This document shows positions 36,714 through 48,312 of a DNA stretch of 64,000 bases, in pieces (the stretch's first letter is position 1; each line of letters opens with the position of its first letter). Source of the DNA: Actinomycetes bacterium (GTDB lineage Bacteria; Actinomycetota; Actinomycetes; Nanopelagicales; Nanopelagicaceae); NCBI GenBank assembly GCA_025355665.1, contig JANXZF010000070.1, positions 1,069-65,068 of the forward strand, written 5' to 3'. Under the pieces are notes generated by a model. It was given only the letters and a program-made list of their open reading frames with translations, was not told where the DNA came from and searched no databases. The translations under genes and the position numbers were made by a program.

Positions 36714-38525
36714 ATGGCAGATTTTTCGCTATCCCGTTCTCGAATTCGCGTTCTCCTTTTTTCTATCATCTTAGTTTTGGGTTTGCTCTCCTTCCGCCTC
36801 GTCGATATTCAAGCCGTGCAGGCTCACACTTATGCAGCGCGCGCGGCAAATGAAATGTCAACGATTTCGATCATGCCTGCTCCACGTGGCTCAATCACCG
36901 ACATCAACGGCGTGGAATTTGCCAGGAGTGTTTCGGCGGCTAACGTGGTTGTCGATCAAACTCTGATTTTGGACCCGAATAAATTCGCTGAAATTGCTGC
37001 ACCAGTACTATCGATGTCCGTTAGTGATGTCGCCAAAACGGTCACGGGCAAGCGACGCTGGAGCCTTGTTGCTAGAAATGTGACACCAGCGACGTGGATT
37101 TCCCTCAAGAATGCTTTTGCCATTTACAACCAAGGTTTAAGTGTCAAAGAGGCTGCGACGAAGAGGATCTTTGGTTTCTACGCGGAGCGCGATTACACCC
37201 GTGATTATCCGTCGGGCGAGTTGATTGGCTCACTCATTGGATTCGTGAATCAGGCTGGAGTCGGTGCCGCAGGACTGGAATCAAGTTTGAATTCCCTGCT
37301 TACGGGAGTCGAAGGAAAATACAGTTATGCGAACGGTTACGGTGCCGAAATTCCTGGATCGCAACAAGAATTGGTAGTTGCCAAGTCTGGGACAACGGTT
37401 CGTTTGACGATTGATAGAGATGTGCAATGGATCGCATCCCAGGCAATTAGCGATGCGGTCAAATCATCGCATGCGGTAAGCGGGACGGTAATTGTGATGG
37501 ATCCCAAGACTGGCCAAATTCTGGCTCACGCTACTGCGCCAACTTTTGATCCGAATAACACAAAGAAAGTTTCTCTTGACTTGATGCGAAACCCTTCTGT
37601 TCAGGATGTATACGAGCCAGGTTCAACTGGAAAGGTCATGACTATGGCCGCCGCTCTTGAAGAAGGCAAGATCACTCCTGCGACAATCTTCTCTGTTCCA
37701 GATACCTACAAAGTGTCGAATCGGCTTTTTCATGATCATGAGAAACATCCAACGGAGTCGTTGACCCCGACTGGAATACTTGCAATTTCGAGCAACGTCG
37801 GTGCCATCAAGGTCGGGGAGACGCTAAGCAACAGTGTTCTCTACAACTACCTAAAGAAATTTGGCGTAGGGATAAGCACCGGCTCGGGACTACCCGGCGA
37901 ATCGCAAGGCGTTCTTCCTAACGTAATTAGTTGGAGTGGAACCACTGCGCCCACGGTTGCATTCGGACAGGGATATTCAGTAACCGCAATGCAGGCAACG
38001 AGTATTTTCGCGACGATCGCTAATGACGGTATACGTGTCTCGCCGACGGTTGTTGCTGGTACGAGTGACTCAAGCGGTCACTTCACGCCTTCGGCCGCCC
38101 GCGATCAAGTACAAGTAATTAGTCCGACATCGGCCACTGAATTACGGTTGATGATGGAAAGTGTCGTCTCGGCCGGCGGAACAGCTCCTGAAGCCGCGAT
38201 CCCTGGTTACCGAGTGGCTGGTAAAACCGGTACCGCCCAGCGGGTCGATCCGACATGTCATTGCTACCGCGGATACACAGCCTCTTTTATTGGCTTCGCA
38301 CCTGCAGACAAGCCTCGCTACGTCATCAGCGTGACGATTCAGGCTCCTCAGGGAATTCACTGGGGTGGCACCCTTGGTGCACCTGTTTTCAAGAAGGTCA
38401 TGTCCTTCGTGCTTCAGTCTCGACATGTCCCCCCAACAAATACTCAAGTTACCCCGTATCCTCTCAATGGATCCCAAGTCGCAAAGATGCTCAGGGTTGC
38501 GGCACCAGTTAAGGGAAAGCATTGA
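36714..38525 (+). CDS. ftsI: Class B penicillin-binding protein (FtsI/PBP3-type transpeptidase)
   Basis: N-terminal TM anchor. SxxK = GSTGKVMT, SxN = ISSNVG, KTG = AGKTGTA. Located within the dcw cluster. Confidence 0.85.
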   Translation: MADFSLSRSRIRVLLFSIILVLGLLSFRLVDIQAVQAHTYAARAANEMSTISIMPAPRGSITDINGVEFARSVSAANVVVDQTLILDPNKFAEIAAPVLSMSVSDVAKTVTGKRRWSLVARNVTPATWISLKNAFAIYNQGLSVKEAATKRIFGFYAERDYTRDYPSGELIGSLIGFVNQAGVGAAGLESSLNSLLTGVEGKYSYANGYGAEIPGSQQELVVAKSGTTVRLTIDRDVQWIASQAISDAVKSSHAVSGTVIVMDPKTGQILAHATAPTFDPNNTKKVSLDLMRNPSVQDVYEPGSTGKVMTMAAALEEGKITPATIFSVPDTYKVSNRLFHDHEKHPTESLTPTGILAISSNVGAIKVGETLSNSVLYNYLKKFGVGISTGSGLPGESQGVLPNVISWSGTTAPTVAFGQGYSVTAMQATSIFATIANDGIRVSPTVVAGTSDSSGHFTPSAARDQVQVISPTSATELRLMMESVVSAGGTAPEAAIPGYRVAGKTGTAQRVDPTCHCYRGYTASFIGFAPADKPRYVISVTIQAPQGIHWGGTLGAPVFKKVMSFVLQSRHVPPTNTQVTPYPLNGSQVAKMLRVAAPVKGKH

Positions 38526-40018
38526 TGGAAAGACCACTGATAAGTCACGAACATTCTTTAGGTTCCATTTCGGATCTCCTTGATCTTCAGAGATCTCCGA
38601 TCGAGGCAATGATTTCCGGGGTAACTCACTCAAGCAAAGAAGTGGAACAAGGCGACATATTTCTGGCGTTTCCTGGCGCGAAGACGCACGGGGCAAATTT
38701 CGTCGTGCAAGCATATGAACGCGGTGCACGCGCAGTTCTAACGGATGTCACAGGAATGCAGATCATCCGCGAAGTAACCTCAAAATTGCCAGTTTTCGTA
38801 GTCGAGAATCCTCGTCGAGCCGCTGGTGTTTTGAGTGCTTGGTTCTATGGAGAACCAATGCGCGACATGTTTAGCGTCGGTATTACCGGGACAAACGGCA
38901 AGACCACGACGACGACTCTTCTGTACCAGATTTGGATGTTTGCTGGGCGAGAAAGTGGGTTGATTGGCACTGTGGAAACGCGAATCGGTGCCGAGTTGCT
39001 CACAAGCCAGAGGACTACACCTGAAAGTTCTGATCTTCAAGCACTTGTCGCAACGATGCGGGAGCGCCATATCCGCAATCTCTCGATGGAGGTCTCGAGT
39101 CATGCAATATCCCTGGATCGGATTCGGGGGTCGCACTTCAACGTCGTTGCCTTTACTAATTTGAGTCAGGATCATCTCGACTTTCACAACACAATGGATG
39201 AGTACTTCAGAGTGAAGGCCGATCTTTTTACATATGAATATGCCGACCTTGCGGTAATTAATATTGATGATGATCACGGGACCCTTCTTGCTAAAGGCTT
39301 GGAGATTCCTTTGCTGACTCTTTCAAGGGCGAAGTCAAATGCCGATTGGCGATACGAGCGCGCCTTTCCTCATTCGTTAGGAAATGATGTGGCAATGCGC
39401 GGTCCAGGTGGAATTCTTATAGAAGGTTTGCTGCCGCTGCATGGGGACTACAACTTGGACAATGCGTTGATGGCAGTGGCTCTGGCTGTAGAAAGCGGAA
39501 TTGACCCAGTGGAAATCGCTGCAATTTTGCCTCTACTTTCACCAGCTCAAGGTCGTCTCGAGGCAGTAGCCGTCGGCCAGGATTTCGCAGCATTTGTTGA
39601 CTATGCCCACTCTCCGGATGCGGTAGCCAGGGTGCTTGAGACTTGTCGAGGGATGACGACCGGAAGGGTGATCGCTGTACTGGGTTGTGGCGGTGATCGA
39701 GATTCGTCCAAGAGGCCATTGATGGGGGCAGCGCTGGCCAATGGCAGCGATGTCGCGGTATTCACGAGTGACAATCCGCGATCGGAAGGCCCATTGAGTA
39801 TCTTGGAACAGATGATCGCTGGCATGTCCGTCGTCTCACCTGATTGCGTCATCGCCGACCGCAAAAGTGCAATTGAGTATGCGGTAGCGCAGGCGCACTC
39901 TGGGGATCTCGTTGTAATCCTCGGCAAAGGGCACGAAACCGGGCAAGAAATTGCAGGAGTCGTTATGCCTTTTGATGATCGCTTGGTTCTAGCGCGGGCT
40001 ATCGAGGGCCGGAGATGA
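38525..40018 (+). CDS. murE: UDP-N-acetylmuramoyl-L-alanyl-D-glutamate--2,6-diaminopimelate ligase
   Basis: ATG 38525 (TGATG overlap with ftsI). The track starts one codon earlier, at TTG. GITGTNGKTTTT P-loop. The DNPR motif (TSDNPRSE) is associated with meso-DAP-adding MurE enzymes. Confidence 0.9.
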   Translation: MERPLISHEHSLGSISDLLDLQRSPIEAMISGVTHSSKEVEQGDIFLAFPGAKTHGANFVVQAYERGARAVLTDVTGMQIIREVTSKLPVFVVENPRRAAGVLSAWFYGEPMRDMFSVGITGTNGKTTTTTLLYQIWMFAGRESGLIGTVETRIGAELLTSQRTTPESSDLQALVATMRERHIRNLSMEVSSHAISLDRIRGSHFNVVAFTNLSQDHLDFHNTMDEYFRVKADLFTYEYADLAVINIDDDHGTLLAKGLEIPLLTLSRAKSNADWRYERAFPHSLGNDVAMRGPGGILIEGLLPLHGDYNLDNALMAVALAVESGIDPVEIAAILPLLSPAQGRLEAVAVGQDFAAFVDYAHSPDAVARVLETCRGMTTGRVIAVLGCGGDRDSSKRPLMGAALANGSDVAVFTSDNPRSEGPLSILEQMIAGMSVVSPDCVIADRKSAIEYAVAQAHSGDLVVILGKGHETGQEIAGVVMPFDDRLVLARAIEGRR

Positions 40019-41400
40019 TCAAGGTAACTTCAAAGCAAGTATCGGAAATAGTTGGTGGCGAACTCTTCGCTGACGATGACATCCTTATATCGCGAGAGCC
40101 CGTTTTTGACTCACGTGAAGCCATTCACGGTTCGATTTTTCTAGCCTTGAAGGGCGATTTCCGTGATGGCCATGATTTTGCTCGATCAGCGATCGACCAA
40201 GGTGCCGCGCTCGTTCTTGCAAGTCGCAAGCTTGACCTTCCCTGCATCGTCGTTCCAGATGTTCTTGAAGCGTTAGGAAAACTTGCACACTATGTTCGAG
40301 TCCGATTACCAAATTTGAAAGTCATCGGGATTACCGGATCCCAAGGTAAGACGACGACCAAAGATTTATTGGCGTGGATTCTTCGCATGCACGACGAGAC
40401 TATCGCGACTCACGCTTCTTTCAACAATGAACTCGGCGCACCATTGACGCTGTTGAGATGCATCGAATCCACCAAATATTGCATTCTGGAGATGGGTGCT
40501 CGCCACGTCGGCGATATTGCCTCCCTCTGTAAGATTGCTGAGCCGAATATCGGCGTAGTGCTCGAAGTTGGACATGCCCACGTTGGTGAATTTGGTTCAT
40601 TGCAAGCGATCGCCGAAACAAAATCGGAATTGGTTCGCAATTTGGTGGATGACGGAATTGCGATTCTGGGGCGTTACGACGAATTTACACCGAAGATGGC
40701 GGAGGGGTTAAAGGTTCCCGTTCTAACTTTTGGGCAGACACACGAAGCTCAAATTCGAGCGACAGATATTGACATTAGAGAAGGGCGTGCGCACTTCGAC
40801 CTTGTGACGCCACAGGGGAGAGCCGCTGTCGCGCTAAGACTTGTGGGCGCGCACCAAATTCCTAACGCCCTTGCCGCCGCCGCCGTATGCACTGCATTGA
40901 ATATTCCGCTGGATGTAATTGCTGGCGGACTTTCGACCGCAGAACTTCAAAGTAAATGGCGCATGGAACTTTCGGAAGTTTCGGATTTGTTGGTCATAAA
41001 CGATGCTTACAACGCGAATCCAGATTCGACTTCCGCAGCACTTCGAACGTTGTCATTCTTCGCTCAAGAGCGAGGAGGGCAATCGTGGGCATTTCTGGGC
41101 CGAATGCATGAGCTCGGTGAATCGCTAGTGGAGGAACATGCCAAGATCGGACTTCTGGCCCATTCACTAGGAATAGATAACTTGGTCTGTATCGGTGCGC
41201 CTGAATACGGTGATGATCTTCCTAAGGATGGTGCCATTGAGGTCCATTTTTGCAATTCCAAGGAAGACGCATTAGAAATCTCCAATTACTTTTCACCCGG
41301 TGATGTCGTCCTAGTTAAGGCATCTCGCGCAGAAAAACTGGAAGAATTGGTGACAGCTTTGATCCAACGTTGGGAAAAGAGAGTGGGAGGAGACGAATGA
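40015..41400 (+). CDS. murF: UDP-N-acetylmuramoyl-tripeptide--D-alanyl-D-alanine ligase
   Basis: [14 protein letters not shown]-loop, Mur ligase central and C-terminal domains ([11 protein letters not shown]). ATGA overlap with murE. Confidence 0.9.
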   Translation: MIKVTSKQVSEIVGGELFADDDILISREPVFDSREAIHGSIFLALKGDFRDGHDFARSAIDQGAALVLASRKLDLPCIVVPDVLEALGKLAHYVRVRLPNLKVIGITGSQGKTTTKDLLAWILRMHDETIATHASFNNELGAPLTLLRCIESTKYCILEMGARHVGDIASLCKIAEPNIGVVLEVGHAHVGEFGSLQAIAETKSELVRNLVDDGIAILGRYDEFTPKMAEGLKVPVLTFGQTHEAQIRATDIDIREGRAHFDLVTPQGRAAVALRLVGAHQIPNALAAAAVCTALNIPLDVIAGGLSTAELQSKWRMELSEVSDLLVINDAYNANPDSTSAALRTLSFFAQERGGQSWAFLGRMHELGESLVEEHAKIGLLAHSLGIDNLVCIGAPEYGDDLPKDGAIEVHFCNSKEDALEISNYFSPGDVVLVKASRAEKLEELVTALIQRWEKRVGGDE

Positions 41401-42455
41401 GAGAAATCTTGATCTCAGGAGCGTTTGCTCTCTTCATCAGTTTGTTTGGTACCCCGGTTCTCATTCGCATTCTTGCTAGACGTGGTTACGGTCAGATTAT
41501 TCGCGATGACGGTCCGAGCAGCCATCACACCAAGCGCGGAACCCCAACTATGGGCGGAATAATTATTATTCTTGCATCCTTGCTTGGGTACCTAGCGAGC
41601 CATGCGATTTCCCAAGTCCCATTGAGTATTTCCGCGTTGTTAGTAATTGGTTTGATTATCTCTCTGGGTTGCTTGGGTTTCATTGACGACTGGCTTAAAG
41701 TCTCACGTCAGAAATCGCTGGGACTGACGGGTAAGCAGAAGATTTTTGGGCAGACGGCATCGGCCGCTATTTTTGGAGCACTCGGAATTCACTTTGCTGA
41801 CAAGGAAGGCCTCACGCCGATATCGCTTTATTTGTCGACGGTCAGGGACACTTCGCTGAAATTGGGTCCGATTCTCGTTGTTATTTGGATAATCTTTTTG
41901 GTGACGGCAACAAGTAACGGCGTGAATCTCACGGATGGGCTAGATGGACTTGCAACCGGCGCTTCGGTTATGACTTTCTTGGCTTTCGTCCTGATAGGAG
42001 TTTGGGAATTGCGGGAAGGGTGTTCGGTTGCAACTGGATATAACTGTTATCAAGTTAGAGACCCGCTCGACCTAGCAGTTCTCGCCGCGGCCCTCGGTGG
42101 ATCACTCGCTGGTTTTCTCTGGTGGAATGCTTCGCCTGCAAAGATATTTATGGGCGACACAGGGTCACTGGCATTGGGTGGAGCCTTGGCGGGACTTGCT
42201 GCGACCCTTCGAATTCAACTCCTTCTTGTCCCGCTGGGTGGCTTGTTCGTAATTATTACCATGTCGGTGATAATTCAGATGGTCTACTTCAAAGCCACCA
42301 AGGGAAAGCGCATCTTCAAGATGGCTCCGTTGCATCATCACTTCGAGCTAAGCGGTTGGGGTGAGGTAACGATCCTGCTTCGATTCTGGATAATCGCCGG
42401 TATCGGCGTGGCCCTTGGCCTTGGTCTGTTTTACGCGCAATGGGTTGTGAAATAG
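41397..42455 (+). CDS. mraY: Phospho-N-acetylmuramoyl-pentapeptide transferase
   Basis: ATG 41397 overlaps the murF stop (ATGA). [46 protein letters not shown]. Confidence 0.9.
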   Translation: MREILISGAFALFISLFGTPVLIRILARRGYGQIIRDDGPSSHHTKRGTPTMGGIIIILASLLGYLASHAISQVPLSISALLVIGLIISLGCLGFIDDWLKVSRQKSLGLTGKQKIFGQTASAAIFGALGIHFADKEGLTPISLYLSTVRDTSLKLGPILVVIWIIFLVTATSNGVNLTDGLDGLATGASVMTFLAFVLIGVWELREGCSVATGYNCYQVRDPLDLAVLAAALGGSLAGFLWWNASPAKIFMGDTGSLALGGALAGLAATLRIQLLLVPLGGLFVIITMSVIIQMVYFKATKGKRIFKMAPLHHHFELSGWGEVTILLRFWIIAGIGVALGLGLFYAQWVVK

Positions 42456-42457
42456 AG

Positions 42458-43834
42458 ATGAAACTTGCCGATTTGGTACTTGCAAAGGTACTGATCGTCG
42501 GAGGCGGAGTAACCGGGACATCGGTTGCGGATGTGCTCGAGCGCCTTGGAAGTGAAGTATCTATCTTTGATGAGGACTCATCCTTGTTCGCTGATGCACG
42601 TTTTGTATCTGCGGAGCAGGTTCAATCGGGCGACTGGCATATTGCAATAGTTTCTCCCGGTTGGCGACCGAATCACCCTCTTTTAGAGGGTCTTCGCGAA
42701 AGGGGAATCCAACTCCTGAGCGAAGTGGATCTAGCTTGGCTTTTGAAAACGGAATTGAATCCAGGACAAGAGTGGCTCGCAATAACTGGCACTAATGGCA
42801 AGACAACCACGGTTGAAATGACCTCGGCGATGTTGCGTGCCGGGGGAAGAACGGCGATGGCATGTGGAAACGTGGGCGACACCGTAATCGGAGCGGTTGT
42901 AGGCGATGCGCAGTATGAATATCTCGTACTCGAATTATCTTCTTTTCAATTGCACTGGAGCGATCAACCTGAATTCAGCGCCGCCGCCGTCCTCAACATT
43001 GCAGATGATCACACTGACTGGCACGGTGGGTTCGAGAACTATGCTTTTGCGAAACTTCGCATTCTCGATCGAGCGCAGGTAGCAATATTGAACTCGGAGG
43101 ATTCGGAAGTCGTATCTCATACGTCTTCATGGGAGGGCAAGAAGATTTTCTATTCTCTTAGTTCTCCTCGCCCCGGAGAACTCGGTGTCGTGGAGGACCT
43201 GTTGGTTGATCGAGCATTTGTTCCTGATCCCAATGAAGCCGAAGTGATAGCTGAATTGGCAGATGTGGTTCCGACTTCTCCGCATAATGTTTCCAATGCC
43301 TTAGCTGCCGCGGGACTGGCCAGGAGTGTTGGAATTCCCCATTCAGCCATACGAAAGGCCATTCAGGAATTCCGTCCTGGCCGTCACAGAATTGAATTGG
43401 TTGCAGAAAAAAACGGTGTTCGTTGGGTGAATGACTCGAAGGCCACCAATCCTCACGCAGCAGCTGCTTCATTGAATTCTGCGCATTCCGTTGTCTGGAT
43501 AGCGGGGGGCTTGGCAAAGGGCGCTTCCATGCACGAACTCGTGTCAAAAATGGGGGAGCACATTAGAATTGCACTCCTCATAGGGAAAGATCGCGAACTC
43601 ATTGCAATGGAACTCGAAGATCAAGCCCCGCACGTGGAAATAATCAGAATCGATGCTTCAGAGGACGACGAGATTTCATTAATGGAGAAGGTCGTGTTGA
43701 CTGCCTCCCGATTGGTTCAAAGTGGCGACACGGTTCTCATGGCACCAGCATGCGCATCGATGGACCAGTTTATTTCTTATGCTGACCGAGGCGATCAGTT
43801 TGCTGCCGCCGTCCAGAAATTTGTGCTTTCGTGA
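42458..43834 (+). CDS. murD: UDP-N-acetylmuramoylalanine--D-glutamate ligase
   Basis: I prefer ATG 42458, just after the mraY stop. The track start at 42440 overlaps mraY. VGGGVTGTSVA Rossmann-like motif, ITGTNGKTTT P-loop, NDSKATNPHAA. Confidence 0.9.
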   Translation: MKLADLVLAKVLIVGGGVTGTSVADVLERLGSEVSIFDEDSSLFADARFVSAEQVQSGDWHIAIVSPGWRPNHPLLEGLRERGIQLLSEVDLAWLLKTELNPGQEWLAITGTNGKTTTVEMTSAMLRAGGRTAMACGNVGDTVIGAVVGDAQYEYLVLELSSFQLHWSDQPEFSAAAVLNIADDHTDWHGGFENYAFAKLRILDRAQVAILNSEDSEVVSHTSSWEGKKIFYSLSSPRPGELGVVEDLLVDRAFVPDPNEAEVIAELADVVPTSPHNVSNALAAAGLARSVGIPHSAIRKAIQEFRPGRHRIELVAEKNGVRWVNDSKATNPHAAAASLNSAHSVVWIAGGLAKGASMHELVSKMGEHIRIALLIGKDRELIAMELEDQAPHVEIIRIDASEDDEISLMEKVVLTASRLVQSGDTVLMAPACASMDQFISYADRGDQFAAAVQKFVLS

Positions 43835-44985
43835 AAGAGTCCAAGGGCTTTCTCGCCCAACCAATTAGCTCTTTTTACTTGTTACTTGTCTGTACAGGCG
43901 CCTTGACCGGTCTGGGTCTAATTATGGTCCTCTCGGCATCTTCAATTCACTCGTTAGAGACAAACGGATCATCATTCGCAATCGCGATTCGTCAACTAAT
44001 TTTCTTGCTTGCCGCTCTACCCATTGGCTTCTTGGCATCACGACTGACAATCTCCGCTTGGAAATGGATTGCTCGGTTTGCGCTTATTGGCTCTGTTTTC
44101 TTACTTTTGCTGCTTCAAATCCCTGGCCTAGGAAACAGAGTGAATGGAAATACCAATTGGATTGGTTTTGGTCCCGTCGTCTTTCAGCCAAGTGAATTCG
44201 TGAAGTTTTTCATGATTTTGTGGGCTGGCACGATGTTGGCCAGGCACGAGGAGGCCAAAAGCGTTCAATCCAATGTGATCGTGGTGCTTGTGCCCGCCTT
44301 TGCGGTAATCATGGCATTGGTAATGGCAGGTGGAGATCTTGGAGATACAACGATTATCGCGGCCGTCTTGGTCGGTCTGCTATTTGTTTCGGGAACTCGG
44401 ATGCGATGGATTGGCTTTACTACAGTAATTGGCCTTTCCGTGATCGGGGCTTTGGTAGTCACCGTCCCCTATCGCATGCGCCGATTTCTTGCCGTCCTTC
44501 ACCCATTTTCGCCCGAGTACTACAAATTGTCTGGATGGCAACCTGCGCACAGCATCATGGGGTTGGCTAGCGGTGGACTCTTTGGCGTTGGGCTTGGAGC
44601 AAGCAGGCAAAAATGGGGCAACCTCGCTGAAGCCCATACGGATTTCATTTTTTCTGTAGTCGGAGAAGAACTTGGACTTGTCGGGACTCTTGCGGTATTG
44701 ATTCTTTTTGCTCTGCTCATATTCGCAATATTTCGGATTGCGATGCGCGCGTCTGATCCGATGATCAGGTACACGTGCGCTGGTATTGGATGCTGGATTG
44801 CTGTTCAAGTAGTCCTAAATGTTGGATCGGCAACAAGTGTCTTTCCTGTCGTGGGTATTACCCTCCCATTGCTTTCCTACGGAGGCTCATCCCTTATTTC
44901 CACCTTTCTAGCATTGGGATTTGTTGCAGGTGCGGCCCTGCGTGACCCAAAGTTGATTTCGTCCAAAAAGGCAAAGCAATCATAA
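43831..44985 (+). CDS. ftsW: SEDS-family peptidoglycan glycosyltransferase FtsW
   Basis: GTGA overlap with murD. 10 TM helices. FQPSEFVKF, HTDFIFSVVGEELG, LPLLSYGGSS. Confidence 0.85.
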   Translation: MKESKGFLAQPISSFYLLLVCTGALTGLGLIMVLSASSIHSLETNGSSFAIAIRQLIFLLAALPIGFLASRLTISAWKWIARFALIGSVFLLLLLQIPGLGNRVNGNTNWIGFGPVVFQPSEFVKFFMILWAGTMLARHEEAKSVQSNVIVVLVPAFAVIMALVMAGGDLGDTTIIAAVLVGLLFVSGTRMRWIGFTTVIGLSVIGALVVTVPYRMRRFLAVLHPFSPEYYKLSGWQPAHSIMGLASGGLFGVGLGASRQKWGNLAEAHTDFIFSVVGEELGLVGTLAVLILFALLIFAIFRIAMRASDPMIRYTCAGIGCWIAVQVVLNVGSATSVFPVVGITLPLLSYGGSSLISTFLALGFVAGAALRDPKLISSKKAKQS

Positions 44986-46076
44986 TGGCGACTCGAACAG
45001 TGGTGTTTGTCGGCGCCGGAACCGCGGGCCATGTAGAACCGGCACTTGCTGTTGCGCGCGCGTGGAAAGAGAAGTACCCAGATGATCACTGTATCTTTCT
45101 CGGAACGCCAACAGGTCTTGAAAATTCGCTGGTGCCCGCAGCAGGCTTTGAACTTCACAATATTGAAAAAGTGGTCATGCCACGATCGCTAAATCTTGAG
45201 TTGGCGAAAGCGCCTTTTCGCTTAGGCCAGGCGGTTCTTTCAGCAAAGAAGATTGTCGACGGCACCGATCTGCTAATTGGATTTGGTGGTTATGCATCAG
45301 CCTCTGCCTATCTCGCGGCACGGATGTCCAAGGTCCCCTTTGTTGTTCACGAAGCCAATGCAAAGCCGGGTTGGGCAAATCGCTTGGGGGCGTTGCTAAC
45401 AAAATACGTCGCCGTCGCCAGACCAGTCGGATCCACTCGCTTCTCCCACGCGCGTGTCACCGGTTTGCCATTGCGAGCAGATGTCAGAGCCGCTTTCAAG
45501 AAAGCATCCCAGGATTGGCACGAGGCGCGCCTTCGCGCTAAGAATGATCTCGGTTGGAGCCAGGATCATCCGACGCTTGTTATTTTTGGTGGGTCCCTTG
45601 GTTCGGCATATATCAATTCACAGATCCTGAAAGCGCTTCCTTTTTTCAATGCGAAGAAGATACAAATTCTTCATTCAGTTGGGGCCAAGAATTCGCTGCC
45701 TGAAAGTTCAGATAGCTACAAGGCAGTTCCGTATATCAAGGATATGGCAACTGCATATTTGGCAGCAGACGTAATCCTTGCTCGAAGCGGGGCAGTAACG
45801 TGTGCCGAATTTGGCGCCCTTGGCCGTATGGCAGTATTCGTTCCGCTCCCCGTTGGAAACGGTGAGCAAGCTCGAAATGCCGACCAACTCGTGTCAGTCG
45901 GTCGCGCAATAGTTCTTCCGCAGAAGGCTTTTTCAAACGCGTGGCTCGAAGAAAATTTTGAAACCGTGATAGAACAGAGCAATCGCTGCTCTGAGAGCGG
46001 ATTAAGTCAGGATATGGAATCCGAGGCGAGAATAATCGAACTCATGGAGATAGCGCTTCAAGGTGGGGGCGCATGA
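44985..46076 (+). CDS. murG: UDP-N-acetylglucosamine--N-acetylmuramyl-(pentapeptide) pyrophosphoryl-undecaprenol GlcNAc transferase
   Basis: GAGTAGHVEPALAV N-terminal G-loop, GGSLGS, ARSGAVTCAEF. GT28 architecture. Confidence 0.9.
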   Translation: MATRTVVFVGAGTAGHVEPALAVARAWKEKYPDDHCIFLGTPTGLENSLVPAAGFELHNIEKVVMPRSLNLELAKAPFRLGQAVLSAKKIVDGTDLLIGFGGYASASAYLAARMSKVPFVVHEANAKPGWANRLGALLTKYVAVARPVGSTRFSHARVTGLPLRADVRAAFKKASQDWHEARLRAKNDLGWSQDHPTLVIFGGSLGSAYINSQILKALPFFNAKKIQILHSVGAKNSLPESSDSYKAVPYIKDMATAYLAADVILARSGAVTCAEFGALGRMAVFVPLPVGNGEQARNADQLVSVGRAIVLPQKAFSNAWLEENFETVIEQSNRCSESGLSQDMESEARIIELMEIALQGGGA

Positions 46077-47461
46077 GAACCTCATTGAAGGATATTGCCG
46101 GCAAGAGGATTCATTTCATCGGCGTTGGCGGTTCAGGAATGAGTGGACTCGCTCGCATCATGGCCTCCGAAGGTATCGAGGTTTCGGGATCAGATATTAA
46201 AGAGTCATCCGTACTTTCGGCTCTAAAAGCCATCGGCGTTGACACGCAGGTGGGACACAATTCGTCCAATATACATGGGGCTGATTTCGTGGTTTTTTCC
46301 AGTGCCATAAATCCAGAAAATGTCGAACTAGTCGCGGCGAAAGAGCTGAGCATCCCGACTCTCTCGCGTGCGCAAGCCCTTGCTATTTTGATGTCCGAGT
46401 CAAAAAGTATTGCCGTAGCCGGCACTCACGGGAAGACCACTACGACATCGATGCTCACCGTAGCGATTCAAAGTTGCGGGGAAGATCCATCCTTTGCAAT
46501 AGGAGGAATCTTGAAAGCTTCGGGTTCCAACGCACACAAAGGTACCGGCGAATATTTCGTGTCAGAAGCCGATGAATCCGATGGCTCATTCATTGAATAT
46601 CATCCATTCGGTGCCATTGTCACAAATATCGAACTCGAACATGTCGATCACTTTGCAACTCTTGAATCAGTTTTCCAAGCATTTGAAGAATTTTCAGAGA
46701 CGATTTCTCCAACAGGATTCCTTGTCTACTGTGCTGATGATCAGGGATCAAAAAGATTGGGAGAGGCAGTGACGCGGTGTCAGACCGTTTCCTACGGCGT
46801 TGACCCGGATGCAGATTTACGGATTGATGAGATTGAATTGGCGCCAGCAGGTTCCCGCGCGCGGGTGCTTTGGAAGGGGCGAACTATCGGCCATCTCCAA
46901 CTCCAAACCCCCGGGCACCACAATCTACTTAACGCATCTGCAGCGTTGGCGGCAGGGCTTTGTCTGGGTCTTCCGGCACCTCAATTGATTACCGGGCTCG
47001 CAACCTTTCGGGGAACTGGCAGACGATTTGAACTCAAAGGCCAGGTGCATGGAATAAGAGTTTTGGATGATTACGGGCACCATCCAACGGAAATAGATGT
47101 GACGTTGGAAGCCGCCAAAAGATTCGCCACTGACGGACGAGTGTTAGTGGTGTTTCAGCCACATCGCTATTCTAGAACGCGCGCATTCCTGAACGAGTTT
47201 GCCGTTGTTCTCGATCACGCCGATCACACGTGGATACTTGAGATATATGGCTCTAGTGAGAAGCAAATTCCGGGAGTAAGCGGGCAGTCAATTGTTTCGC
47301 TCATGACAAAGGGCACTTTCGAACCAAATTTCATGGCTGTTGTCGCTGAGGTTGTGAAGGAAGCCAAGCCGGGAGATGTGATCTTGACACTGGGAGCAGG
47401 CGATGTGAGTTCCCTAGGTCCGATAATTATTGAAGCACTCACCGCTAAATACGGTGCCTAA
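46073..47461 (+). CDS. murC: UDP-N-acetylmuramate--L-alanine ligase
   Basis: IHFIGVGGSGMSGLARIM, AVAGTHGKTTTTSM, DDYGHHPTEI. ATGA overlap with murG. Confidence 0.9.
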   Translation: MRTSLKDIAGKRIHFIGVGGSGMSGLARIMASEGIEVSGSDIKESSVLSALKAIGVDTQVGHNSSNIHGADFVVFSSAINPENVELVAAKELSIPTLSRAQALAILMSESKSIAVAGTHGKTTTTSMLTVAIQSCGEDPSFAIGGILKASGSNAHKGTGEYFVSEADESDGSFIEYHPFGAIVTNIELEHVDHFATLESVFQAFEEFSETISPTGFLVYCADDQGSKRLGEAVTRCQTVSYGVDPDADLRIDEIELAPAGSRARVLWKGRTIGHLQLQTPGHHNLLNASAALAAGLCLGLPAPQLITGLATFRGTGRRFELKGQVHGIRVLDDYGHHPTEIDVTLEAAKRFATDGRVLVVFQPHRYSRTRAFLNEFAVVLDHADHTWILEIYGSSEKQIPGVSGQSIVSLMTKGTFEPNFMAVVAEVVKEAKPGDVILTLGAGDVSSLGPIIIEALTAKYGA

Positions 47462-47469
47462 CGAAAACT

Positions 47470-48144
47470 ATGGGGATAAGGAAAAGGCGTCGAAAAGCCT
47501 GGTTCGCAGCTCTCTTGATGCTAACTCTTCTAGGGGCATCTTCCTACGTCCTCGGTTGGTCATCATTACTTTCAGTTAAGAAGGTCGTAGTAGTCGGAGC
47601 ACCAAATCCAAGTGAAGCTTTCACGATTCAGCACAATTTTCACATTGGCGAAAAAATGGCGCGGCTCGAATCTCAAAAGGTGTCAGTGGCCTTGAAGAAG
47701 TACACATGGCTGGATCACGCAAGCATAAGTAGAAATTGGCTGAAGGGGATTGTCACTGTTCGGGTGTGGACTCGAACTCCCATCGCGCAATTCCAGAGCC
47801 ATCTCGTGGATCACAATGGCGTCGTCTTTAACTTACCGAACATTGATACAACGCACTTGCCAATGATTACTGGAACGAATACGACTTCGGCAAAATTCGC
47901 CACCGATTTACTGTCCGCTCTGCCATCAATAATGCGCACCCAAGTTTCAGGCATTTTGGTGCGAGGCAATGACTGGGCGATCCTGACAATTGCCTCACGC
48001 AACAAAAACTTGTCGGTCGTTTGGGGCGACCTGACGGAGACATCTTTAAAAGTAAAGGTATATCAGGCACTTATTGCGTTGCCAGAGAATGTGAAGGTGA
48101 CGTACATCGATGTCTCTGCCCCACACGCTCCAATTGTGAAATAG
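47470..48144 (+). CDS. ftsQ: Cell-division protein FtsQ (POTRA-containing)
   Basis: Located between murC and ftsZ. Short cytoplasmic tail, one TM helix (WFAALLMLTLLGASSYVLGW) and a POTRA-like VKKVVVVGAPN segment. Confidence 0.7.
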   Translation: MGIRKRRRKAWFAALLMLTLLGASSYVLGWSSLLSVKKVVVVGAPNPSEAFTIQHNFHIGEKMARLESQKVSVALKKYTWLDHASISRNWLKGIVTVRVWTRTPIAQFQSHLVDHNGVVFNLPNIDTTHLPMITGTNTTSAKFATDLLSALPSIMRTQVSGILVRGNDWAILTIASRNKNLSVVWGDLTETSLKVKVYQALIALPENVKVTYIDVSAPHAPIVK

Positions 48145-48312
48145 AAACTAAAAATCTGATTAATTTTCTCATCGCTAAATGAGTTTGGATAAATTGCGTG
48201 CAGATTCGTGTCGGTATTTGCGCGGACGTGTTGAGCGCTCTACTTTCGTCTTATTAGAAAGCAGAACTGTAATTCTCAAGTTGAGGTTCATGGTTCATAA
48301 GGAGGATACATC